Shown here piece after piece: positions 20,258 through 28,179 of a DNA stretch of 32,000 nt. A program made the translations under genes and the position numbers. Position 1 is the stretch's first letter. The number at the start of each line of letters is the position of its first letter. Source of the DNA: Caedibacter taeniospiralis (GTDB lineage Bacteria; Pseudomonadota; Gammaproteobacteria; Francisellales; Francisellaceae); assembly GCF_002803295.2 (NCBI RefSeq), contig NZ_PGGB02000007.1, forward strand, positions 9,365 to 41,364, read 5' to 3'. The notes beneath the pieces are model-generated. The model searched no databases. It was not told the DNA's origin and was given only the letters and a program-made list of their open reading frames with translations.

Positions 20258-20737
20258 TTATCGGTATTCTACCGAAATGATTTCATAATCAACAATTCCA
20301 GCTGGGGTAGCGATCCTGGTCTCATCACCCTCTTCTTTGCCAATAAGTCCTCTTGCCAGAGGGGAACTTAGTGAAATCTTATTTTCTTTAATATCAGCTT
20401 CATCCTCGCCAACAATCTGATACGTCATTTCAGTTTCAGTTTCTGTATTAAGCAGCCTAACCGTGGCACCAAAGATGACTTTGCCTGTATTGGTTATGCT
20501 GGTAACATCAATAACCTGCGCATTACCAAGCTTGGCTTCCAGCTCTTGAATACGCCCTTCAATAAAACTTTGCTGCTCACGTGCGGCGTGGTACTCTGCA
20601 TTTTCTTTTAAATCACCATGCTCACGCGCCTCAGCAATAGCTGCTATTACTTTAGGTCTTTGCACACTTTTTAGATCTTGCAATTCTGCTCTTAATGCCG
20701 CCTCACCACTTACTGTCATTGGAATTCTTACTGCCAT
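20258..20737 (-). CDS. greA: Transcription elongation factor GreA
   Basis: 159 aa. It has [59 protein letters not shown]. Confidence 0.95.
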   Translation of the reverse strand: MAVRIPMTVSGEAALRAELQDLKSVQRPKVIAAIAEAREHGDLKENAEYHAAREQQSFIEGRIQELEAKLGNAQVIDVTSITNTGKVIFGATVRLLNTETETEMTYQIVGEDEADIKENKISLSSPLARGLIGKEEGDETRIATPAGIVDYEIISVEYR

Positions 20738-20853
20738 TATTCACCTTCTGGTCTATTTTATATTCTTGCTAAATGGCGTTGATCACATTTCTGCCCACAA
20801 AAGCATACTGAATACGCGCCAGCGTTTATTGGCTCTGACTATTTTTCTGCCCT

Positions 20854-20923
20854 CTGTCATCCTGCGCTAGGGGCGAAATATTTTTCGTCCCTGGCTGGAT
20901 TCCCGCCTTCGCGGGAATGACAG
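20854..20923. repeat. Composite GC-rich structured element with two hairpins enclosed by CTGTCAT/ATGACAG; it includes ATTCCC-N8-GGGAAT
   Basis: GGGGCGAAA-TA-TTTTTCGTCCC (20870-20891) and ATTCCCGC-CTTC-GCGGGAAT (20899-20918). The outer inverted repeat is CTGTCAT (20854-20860) with ATGACAG (20917-20923). Confidence 0.5.
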
Positions 20924-21301
20924 CAATAAAAACGCCTGATATAAGAGATTACATCAGACCTTTTTCGCTTGATTTTTATGGAAGGCTATTATACCTAAGC
21001 AGGTATTGTTTGCAATTTTCAAACAGCAAATCTTACCAAATTTGGCGTAAACTGATAGAAAGTGGGATTCCCCTTTGCGATAGCGTTTATATTAACCATT
21101 TGCAATTGCCAGGAAAAAACAACCGTGAACAAAAGAGTGCTTACCAACATTGCCAGAAGACATTGTTTTAATTTCATAAGCTTTCAAACTAACCGCTAAA
21201 ACATTCTGACTCACATTGCGTGCTTGTGTGCCAGAACTCATGCCAATCAGATTAAACAGGTTTCTTGCTGCTAAGGTATTCTGTGCATAATCGATTACTC
21301 A

Positions 21302-23896
21302 TCAGTTTTCCGTACCAGTATTACCCGTTTGTTTCGAGAAAACAAAACCGTCGCTCTCACTGGTCACCTGGATGACATCACCTGGGACATAACGCCCTTC
21401 GAGCAAATAAGTTGCTAAGGGGTTTTCTATGTAATGCTGAATCGCGCGTTTAAGCGGTCTTGCACCAAACACAGGATCGAAACCATGATCAGCCAGTTCG
21501 TCCATGGCAACGGCAGAAACCTCCAGTTTTAAATCACGTTCATGCAAACGTTTACGCACGCGATTAATCTGAATCTCGGCGATTTGTTTGATCATTTCCT
21601 TACTCAATGGTTCAAACACAACCGTTTCATCAATACGATTAACAAACTCTGGTCTAAAGTGCTGCAGCACAATCTGTAAAACGGCTTGTTTAACTTTATC
21701 ATAACCTTCACGGTGGAGTTTTTCCTGAATTAAATGTGAACCCAAGTTTGAGGTCATAATAAGTAGCGTATTTTTAAAATCTACTGTACGCCCCTGGCTA
21801 TCGGTTAAGCGTCCATCATCCAGTATTTGCAACAGAATATTAAACACATCAGGGTGTGCTTTTTCTACTTCATCAAGCAAAATAACTGAATAAGGCTTAC
21901 GTCTGACATGCTCCGTTAAATAACCTCCCTGCTCGTAACCCACGTAGCCTGGAGGTGCACCAATCAGGCGCGCAACTGAATGTTTCTCCATAAACTCGGA
22001 CATGTCCACTCTTAGCATCGCATCTTCACTGTCAAACATAAACTCGGCTAATGCTTTAGTAAGCTCAGTTTTACCGACTCCTGTTGGTCCCAGAAATAAA
22101 AAGGAACCCGTTGGGCGATTAGGATCGGATAAACCAGAGCGGGCACGCCTTACCGCATTGGATACCGCAAGAATTGCTTCTTTTTGCCCAATGACACGCT
22201 TAGCCAAAAAATCTTCCATATGTAAAAGTTTCTCACGTTCACCTTCCATCATTTTATTGACAGGAATCCCAGTCGATTTAGATACCACTTCAGCAATTTC
22301 ATTTTCAGTGACTTGTGTGCGTACCAGTTTGGTCTTAACAGGATCTGCTTTTGCTATCGACTTAATCTGCTCTTCCAGTTGCGGGATAAGCCCATATTGT
22401 AACTCCGCCATTTTTGATAAATCACCAACACGTTTAGCCGCATCAAGGTCAATTTTTGCCTGGTCAAGCTGCTCCTTGAGCTTTTGAGAGCCTTGCATCT
22501 GTGCCTTTTCAGATTTCCAGATTTCCTCAAAGCCTGAATACTCTTTCTCAAGCGCTTTGATTTCATCTTCCAATACATCTAAGCGTTTTTTGGTTGCCTC
22601 ATCTTTTTCTTTTTTTAGCTGCTCACGCTGCATTTTTAATTGAATGATTTTGCGATATAATTTTTCCATTTCCTCAGGGCGAGAATCTATCTCCATCCTG
22701 ATTTGGCTTGCGGCTTCATCCATTAAATCAATTGCCTTATCAGGCAGTTGCCTGTCGGTAATATAACGATGCGATAAAGTCGCCGCAGCGACAATTGCAG
22801 GGTCAGTAATATCTACTCCATGATGCACTTCATAGCGCTCTTTAAGCCCACGTAAAATCGCAATCGTATCTTCAACCGTGGGTTCATCAACAAGCACTTT
22901 TTGAAATCTGCGCTCCAATGCGGGATCTTTCTCCACATGTTCGCGATACTCATCCAGTGTGGTAGCCCCAACGCATCTTAACTCGCCACGCGCCAAGGCA
23001 GGTTTAAGCATGTTCCCCGCATCCATTGAACCCTCGGCTTTTCCAGCACCCACCATCGTGTGAAGCTCATCAATAAACAGAATCACACTGCCTTCCTGCT
23101 TAGAAAGCTCTTTAAGCACTGATTTTAAGCGCTCCTCAAAATCCCCTCTAAACTTTGCCCCTGCTAACAATGCACCTAAATCCAATGACAAAATACGTTT
23201 GTTACGCACACCCTCTGGCACCTCATTATTCACAATGCGTTGCGCCAAGCCTTCAACAATAGCCGTTTTACCAACACCCGGACGCCCAATGAGCACGGGG
23301 TTGTTTTTGGTTCGCCTTTGTAAAACCTGGATTGTGCGGCGAATCTCATCATCGCGCCCAATCACAGGATCAATCTTACCAAGACGCGCACGTTCAGTCA
23401 GGTCAATGGTGTATTTCTTCAAAGCGCCTTGCATGTCCTCAGCATTTTGACTCTCAACACGCGCACCTCCTCTGACCTTATCTACCGCCCTTTCGAGCAC
23501 TTCTTTTGTGAGATTTGCTGCTTTAAATATTCCGCTTATTGCCCCATCAGTAAATCCTGCAATCAAAAACAGATCGCTTGAAATAAATTCATCCTTTTTC
23601 TCAAGTGATAGTTTTTCCATTTGTTGAAGTATTTTAATGAGATTGTTTGATGCGCCAATCTGACTCACAGCAGTACTTCTGGCAAGATTATTAAGGGTGC
23701 TGTTTAACTCCATATTCAGCGCACCTAAATTACCACCTGCCTGAGTAATAATTGAGGCAATCATTCCCCCTTCCTGATCCAGCAATGCTTTTAATATATG
23801 CACGGGTTCAAGCATGGTATGGCTTTTGCTGATCGCTAAACTCTGCGCTTCGCTAAGCGCCTCCTGTAATTTATGAGTAAATTTTTCTGCTTTCAT
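21302..23896 (-). CDS. clpB: ATP-dependent chaperone/disaggregase ClpB
   Basis: 864 aa. It has two AAA+ modules ([15 protein letters not shown] and [15 protein letters not shown]) and a long coiled-coil M-domain between them. Confidence 0.95.
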   Translation of the reverse strand: MKAEKFTHKLQEALSEAQSLAISKSHTMLEPVHILKALLDQEGGMIASIITQAGGNLGALNMELNSTLNNLARSTAVSQIGASNNLIKILQQMEKLSLEKKDEFISSDLFLIAGFTDGAISGIFKAANLTKEVLERAVDKVRGGARVESQNAEDMQGALKKYTIDLTERARLGKIDPVIGRDDEIRRTIQVLQRRTKNNPVLIGRPGVGKTAIVEGLAQRIVNNEVPEGVRNKRILSLDLGALLAGAKFRGDFEERLKSVLKELSKQEGSVILFIDELHTMVGAGKAEGSMDAGNMLKPALARGELRCVGATTLDEYREHVEKDPALERRFQKVLVDEPTVEDTIAILRGLKERYEVHHGVDITDPAIVAAATLSHRYITDRQLPDKAIDLMDEAASQIRMEIDSRPEEMEKLYRKIIQLKMQREQLKKEKDEATKKRLDVLEDEIKALEKEYSGFEEIWKSEKAQMQGSQKLKEQLDQAKIDLDAAKRVGDLSKMAELQYGLIPQLEEQIKSIAKADPVKTKLVRTQVTENEIAEVVSKSTGIPVNKMMEGEREKLLHMEDFLAKRVIGQKEAILAVSNAVRRARSGLSDPNRPTGSFLFLGPTGVGKTELTKALAEFMFDSEDAMLRVDMSEFMEKHSVARLIGAPPGYVGYEQGGYLTEHVRRKPYSVILLDEVEKAHPDVFNILLQILDDGRLTDSQGRTVDFKNTLLIMTSNLGSHLIQEKLHREGYDKVKQAVLQIVLQHFRPEFVNRIDETVVFEPLSKEMIKQIAEIQINRVRKRLHERDLKLEVSAVAMDELADHGFDPVFGARPLKRAIQHYIENPLATYLLEGRYVPGDVIQVTSESDGFVFSKQTGNTGTEN

Positions 23897-23956
23897 TTTT
23901 TCTATCCATTTATATTGAAATATATACCAAACGGTACGGTGAATTTAATGCCTAAC

Positions 23957-23984
23957 AAGTGCGGATAAGAAAGTTTTTTTCAAG
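23957..23984 (-). promoter_or_regulatory. Sigma32-type heat-shock promoter candidate for clpB
   Basis: The minus strand reads CTTGAAA (23984-23978), a 13-nt spacer, then CCGCACTT (23964-23957). The consensus is CTTGAAA-N13-15-CCCCATNT. It lies ~60 nt upstream of the clpB ATG. Confidence 0.5.
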
Positions 23985-24103
23985 AGAATTTTGGGGTTAT
24001 CTATAGCAACTCCAAGTCTTCTGAAAAATCACTCAAAGTAACAAAAGTGTAAATATTCAGACCCTCCACCTATTGAATGCGCCCCACGCAAGATCATTTT
24101 TTT

Positions 24104-24131
24104 CTTGAAATCTATTTCTCAAGCCTTATTT
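24104..24131 (+). promoter_or_regulatory. Sigma32-type heat-shock promoter candidate for the ibpA-like gene
   Basis: CTTGAAA (24104-24110), a 13-nt spacer, then CCTTATTT (24124-24131). It lies ~100 nt upstream of the ATG at 24234. Confidence 0.5.
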
Positions 24132-24208
24132 ATCTCCACGTAATACGCCAAGAGGGTATTACGCAACGTGCTAAGTCGCAGACTTATCGGCTTAGTTCTT
24201 CACATAAA

Positions 24209-24226
24209 ACTTGCTAAATTAGGAGT
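24209..24226 (+). promoter_or_regulatory. ROSE-like RNA-thermometer candidate masking the ibpA Shine-Dalgarno
   Basis: ACUUGCU-AAAUU-AGGAGU. The UUGCU motif (24211-24215) can pair with the SD AGGAG (24221-24225) leaving one bulged G. An upstream 8-bp hairpin CGTAATAC/GTATTACG (24139-24163) lies in the same leader. Confidence 0.4.
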
Positions 24227-24233
24227 AAAAATT

Positions 24234-24668
24234 ATGAACACATTAGACGCACTCGTAAGAAATGCCATCGGCTTTGATCGCTTATTCGCTTTGGCTGAGA
24301 CAGGCAAGCCAACAAGCTATCCCCCTTATAACATTGAGGTTTTAAGTGAGCACGATTACCTGATCAGCATGGCGATTGCTGGATTTAAAGAATCTGAGAT
24401 TGACATTACCGTGCACCAGGGGAAACTCACAGTTACTGGCAACAAAGCGGATGATAACAAAGAACGTAAGTTTATCCATCGTGGCATTGCTGAGCGCTCA
24501 TTTACCCATACTTTCGAGCTTGCTGATCACATTGAAGTCAAAAGTGCACACTTTGAAAATGGTATTTTAAACATAGGCTTAGTCAAAGAAATCCCCGAGG
24601 CAATGCAGCCAAAGAAAATTAAAATAAACACCATGACTTCGTCAAAAACGATTGAGCAGGCAGAGTAA
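24234..24668 (+). CDS. ibpA: Small heat-shock protein, IbpA/Hsp20 family
   Basis: 144 aa from the ATG at 24234, preceded by AGGAG. It has NAIGFDRLF...YPPYNIE...Y.I..A.AGF......I....G.L.V.G, matching the IbpA pattern. The track start at 24168 has no support. Confidence 0.9.
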   Translation: MNTLDALVRNAIGFDRLFALAETGKPTSYPPYNIEVLSEHDYLISMAIAGFKESEIDITVHQGKLTVTGNKADDNKERKFIHRGIAERSFTHTFELADHIEVKSAHFENGILNIGLVKEIPEAMQPKKIKINTMTSSKTIEQAE

Positions 24669-24694
24669 GTTGCTTAAACACTGAAGTTACGCAA

Positions 24695-25447
24695 TCAATG
24701 CCTTTCAACTAACTTCCAGGCTTGTTCTTTGTACGACAAGGCTGCTTCAGCTGGTTTGTATGCGGCATAAATCCCACGTCCTACAATAATAATATCTGAC
24801 TTTTTCTCACCAATAACATACTCAGGGGTATTATAATTTTGTCCTAGCCCATCCCCTTTAGCATCAAAATTCACCCCTGGCGTCATCGTAATGAGATCAT
24901 TATCCTGAGTTAATTTTTCCTGAGCGATAAAGCCGATGATAAAATCCTTATTTTTTTCAGCTTCACTTACTGTTTTTGCGGTATATTCAGGGCTAAATAA
25001 ATTGCCTTTACTACTCATTTGCGCCAACAGCAATAGTCCGATATCGCGTCCCTTACACCCTTCTTTTAAGCCATCAATAATGCCCACACCAGGCAAAAGA
25101 TGGGCATTGATAATGTCTGCCCATTCAGCAATATGATAAATGCCATCTCTGACCTGGTGACAAACGGTATTACCGATGTCGGCAAACTTACGATCTTCAA
25201 AAATCAAAAATCCCGCCTCATCAGCAAGTTTGCGTAAACGCTGTGTTAATAGTGAAGTAAAATCAGTAACAATATCAATGTGGGTTTTCAAAACAGCGAT
25301 ATGATCCGCCGTTTGCTCAACAAGGCGAATTAACGCCTCACTATCGGTCACATCAGCTGACAAGGCCAGATTGGTTTTTTTACTGGTAACGATATGGTGT
25401 AATTTCTCTGTAACAGGGTGATGGGATTTAGAAAAAGAAAGCTGCAT
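24695..25447 (-). CDS. pyrF: Orotidine-5'-phosphate decarboxylase, eukaryote-like (URA3-type) subfamily
   Basis: It has KKTNLALSADV, LKTHIDIVTDF, FLIFEDRKFADIGNTV, IAEWADIINAH, LLLLAQMSSKGNL, DFIIGFIAQ and IIIVGRGI. It is collinear with yeast URA3 as I recall it. I prefer the ATG at 25447; the track start at 25465 is a TTG. Confidence 0.9.
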   Translation of the reverse strand: MQLSFSKSHHPVTEKLHHIVTSKKTNLALSADVTDSEALIRLVEQTADHIAVLKTHIDIVTDFTSLLTQRLRKLADEAGFLIFEDRKFADIGNTVCHQVRDGIYHIAEWADIINAHLLPGVGIIDGLKEGCKGRDIGLLLLAQMSSKGNLFSPEYTAKTVSEAEKNKDFIIGFIAQEKLTQDNDLITMTPGVNFDAKGDGLGQNYNTPEYVIGEKKSDIIIVGRGIYAAYKPAEAALSYKEQAWKLVERH

Positions 25448-25654
25448 ATTGCTCAAATCCTTCAATGACGATTTGAGCGCGAACTATAGCATAGTTGTTA
25501 TTGCAGGTCTATGCTGGACTTGCTGCATACACGACTAGAGTTGACAAGGGCGTTTCTATTGATGCTGAAGTTTAAAAGATCTCAACTAAGACACACAATG
25601 TTTCGCTCTGGTAGAGTAAGCCCAAAATGTTTATTGTTATTGCCGTTTTGTCAA

Positions 25655-27844
25655 TCAATTATTTGGCAGGCTGAAGTAGGGATTAGGGTTGCCTGTAGAG
25701 TTAAATTGGATAGTATTTGCTGAATTATCACCAAATTGCAACGATTGATAATTATTGTATTGGCAGTTACCACCCATTTGTGAGACGCATTGCAAGGCAA
25801 AATCCCAGGTAATCTGATCGTGTCCATCGACGTCATGCGCTTGAGATGCGAGGTTAAATACGCCCAGATATCCATCGGGAAAGGCAATAGACTGATAGGT
25901 GCTGTATTGATACGCTCCGCTATGCGAATGGACAAAGGCATTGGAGTCAACGGTCATGGGATAGCCACAACCGCCACCACTTTGACAGAGTCCTGAATCA
26001 AGGGCTGCAATCCATGGGGAAGATGACCATCCTCCAAAGCCTTGTTGATTAAGCGTGAAATCATTATCACTGCCCTTGAAGCTGATCTCAAAATATTTGA
26101 CATATTGTGGCGAACCAACGGGTGAGTATCCATAGTGTTGATTGTAGTCATAGGGTTGTAACTGGCTGGTCATGCCGTTGTAAGTCATGTAGTATGACAG
26201 AGCGGTATCTTGTGCAGCCCTTAAATTTAAGTCGAACGAATCACATGAAGCCTTGAGCGTGCCGTTGCCATATTGTCCTGTAAAAGGATTACTGACTACC
26301 CCCTGCCAAGTAAAGACATTACATTTTTGCGTCCATGGATATGCGTTACAAGTCGTGGCTCCATTTACGCATAAATTGTCGGTTTGTGCTGGAGGCATAT
26401 TAGCTTGTACCTTGGCATATTGTGGCTGATAGTTAGCAGCATAGGCATAAGAGTATTGTGGCAAACCAGTGTCTGACCAATCGCTTGGGTAGCTTGCCGT
26501 AGCATTAAAATCATCACTGATAAGATAAGACGAAGTAACATCGAAAATACCAGGAGCCCCTGTTAGGTTATTGTTTGAATCTCTGGATCCCATGATAAGA
26601 TTCTCAAAATATTGATTAATGACCGCCTGCTGGTTGGCAAAAGAACCAGTCGCCCCTTCAATGGGCGAGACCAAATCCTCAAAACCTGCGACATTGGCTT
26701 GCAGATAAGCCGCTGTAAGAAGGATGTTATAGGTTTGCTGGATTGAAACCAAAGAGCTCATATAAATATTCATCAGGCTCTCATTGTAGCCATTAATAAA
26801 TTGAACAGGGTCTGTGCCCATGCCGTAATTACTGGCAACAAATTGCGCTTTCATTTGTTCATTTAATGAATTGACAAATGTGTAATAAAAGCCATCTTTT
26901 GAATCTGTGCTGGTTAAGTCACGAATATTATCGGCTAGACTTGCCAAATAGCTGTTTGTCAGCAAGGCTTGCAGTTGAGCCTGTGCCTCTGTATTCGTAC
27001 TTAAATCAGACAAGCTATGAATATTTACTGTGGCGTTAGTAAACTGATCCCACTGGGTTTGAATCCCAGTAGCTAGCATCTTTGCCTCTACCGCGTAATT
27101 TGTCGATTGATCAGCAAGAACCTGATTGTAAAGTGCTGCAAATCCACCAAGTAATTCATTGAGATCGTTTTGAATGGTGGCAAGATCAGCCAGCGCCTCG
27201 TTCATCTCACTATTGAGCTGATTTAAGTCGCTTTCAATTGCTGCACTAGGGGAGCTGGGATTAATGCCAAACTTCTTAGCTATTTCAGAAGTTGCCCAAT
27301 CCATAGTCTTGCCCACCGCCCAATCCACAAGACCATCAACGACAGGACCGTTTGGTGGAGTTGTTGTCTTTTCAGCTGACAAAGGTGACAATTTACTTAA
27401 CTGTTTAAGATCCGTAGCTTGCAATCGCCCATCTAAGGAAAAACTCACGCTAAATTGATCCTTGGCCGATTGAGGTTGAGCTAACTGACCATAGATTTCA
27501 AGCCCTGCTGTGGTTGTTCCAGAAACAGTAATCATATCGTCATTAAATGCAATATGATCAGGGATGATAGTCGCTTGTGAATTGCGACGAGCCACTTCCA
27601 GGTTTTTGCGCCACAATAACGTTTTGCCATTTTTTGCATCTACAGCGACGACAAATCCTGCGGTTTTCCCTTTGGGCTTGATTCCGCCAAATGCCTCGTG
27701 CAGTGTGCCTGTAAAATAGCCTGCAAGATAAATTGTATGGTCTTTGATTGCCATCGCTGTTACGTGAATGGCGCGACTATTATCAAGCGCTAAGCTCACC
27801 TGCCAGTCAATGGCAGAATGATATATCAAAACTCTCAGGCTCAA
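25655..27844 (-). CDS. Orphan 729-codon ORF, probably 5'-truncated, with beta-propeller-like, helical Q/N-rich and Cys/aromatic-rich parts
   Basis: This is a long open frame in AT-rich DNA. The first possible start is a TTG (27844) with no SD, an in-frame stop lies 5 codons upstream, and the first ATG is at 27754. There is no signal peptide. All 8 Cys fall in the last ~250 aa. I recognise no family. Confidence 0.55.
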   Translation of the reverse strand: MSLRVLIYHSAIDWQVSLALDNSRAIHVTAMAIKDHTIYLAGYFTGTLHEAFGGIKPKGKTAGFVVAVDAKNGKTLLWRKNLEVARRNSQATIIPDHIAFNDDMITVSGTTTAGLEIYGQLAQPQSAKDQFSVSFSLDGRLQATDLKQLSKLSPLSAEKTTTPPNGPVVDGLVDWAVGKTMDWATSEIAKKFGINPSSPSAAIESDLNQLNSEMNEALADLATIQNDLNELLGGFAALYNQVLADQSTNYAVEAKMLATGIQTQWDQFTNATVNIHSLSDLSTNTEAQAQLQALLTNSYLASLADNIRDLTSTDSKDGFYYTFVNSLNEQMKAQFVASNYGMGTDPVQFINGYNESLMNIYMSSLVSIQQTYNILLTAAYLQANVAGFEDLVSPIEGATGSFANQQAVINQYFENLIMGSRDSNNNLTGAPGIFDVTSSYLISDDFNATASYPSDWSDTGLPQYSYAYAANYQPQYAKVQANMPPAQTDNLCVNGATTCNAYPWTQKCNVFTWQGVVSNPFTGQYGNGTLKASCDSFDLNLRAAQDTALSYYMTYNGMTSQLQPYDYNQHYGYSPVGSPQYVKYFEISFKGSDNDFTLNQQGFGGWSSSPWIAALDSGLCQSGGGCGYPMTVDSNAFVHSHSGAYQYSTYQSIAFPDGYLGVFNLASQAHDVDGHDQITWDFALQCVSQMGGNCQYNNYQSLQFGDNSANTIQFNSTGNPNPYFSLPNN

Positions 27845-28040
27845 GTACCAACGAATGAATCACTGAACCTAACAACATATCAGGCGTTTGTACCATCGGT
27901 TCCTTACGCAAGAACAAATGCGGATTATCTAACAATAACTTAACCTGTGAAGCTGACAACGCCTCATGTGCAAGATAAGCATCATGAGTCATTTTGTTTA
28001 TTTTTCCTATTTTACCTGTTTTTTCTATTGTAGCTTTCAT
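27807..28040 (-). pseudogene. N-terminal fragment of a RecE-like PD-(D/E)XK (DUF3799-type) nuclease gene
   Basis: AGGAG-N7-ATG at 28040. MTHDAYLAHEALSASQVKLLLDNPHLFL...MLLGSVIHSLVLEPESFD matches the N-terminal pattern of this family (EYHA..aiSsS.LK.l..sP..f......G...H..iLEP..F). It stops after 77 codons, before any catalytic D/E-K motif. Confidence 0.55.
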
Positions 28041-28135
28041 GCGATTGCTCCTTTTTGTCGAGTAGACATTTCTGTTTCTCCTATTTATATTTGTTTATAT
28101 TCAATACAATGTGAAGACGCACAATGCCCCTCACA

Positions 28136-28168
28136 GAACCGTACTTGTAGATTTCCCACATACGGCTC
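28136..28168 (-). ncRNA. Group II intron catalytic domain V
   Basis: GAGCCGUAUGUGGGAAAUCUACAAGUACGGUUC. It has the AGC triad, a lower helix GAGCCGUAU/GUACGGUUC identical to the classic yeast ai5-gamma DV as I recall it, a 2-nt AA bulge and a GAAA-type loop. Confidence 0.85.
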
Positions 28169-28179
28169 TTCAACTTAAC

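Noticed and set aside
20917-21177. 84-aa plus ORF (20917-21171) and a 52-aa signal-peptide-like minus ORF (21019-21177)
   Set aside because: The first starts inside the hairpin repeat. The second is short and competes with another small ORF in a different frame. Neither can be supported from sequence alone, so they are mentioned only as a finding.
22002-22487. 161-aa plus-strand ORF
   Set aside because: It is antisense to clpB and has an S/A/L-rich mirror-frame composition.
24168-24233. ORF-track 5' extensions: ibpA from 24168, eno from 16315, antitoxin from 18656, PduO from 12183, rlmE from 11534, BolA from 11138 and the cyclo-ligase from 10546
   Set aside because: The extensions use non-ATG or unsupported starts, overlap upstream genes or regulatory DNA, and add residues absent from the family N-termini. 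Downstream ATGs with better context were chosen.
25651-26151. Minus-strand ORFs 25651-25950 and 25954-26151, and plus-strand ORF 25790-25996
   Set aside because: These are alternative frames nested in the 729-codon ORF. The long frame is the parsimonious one.
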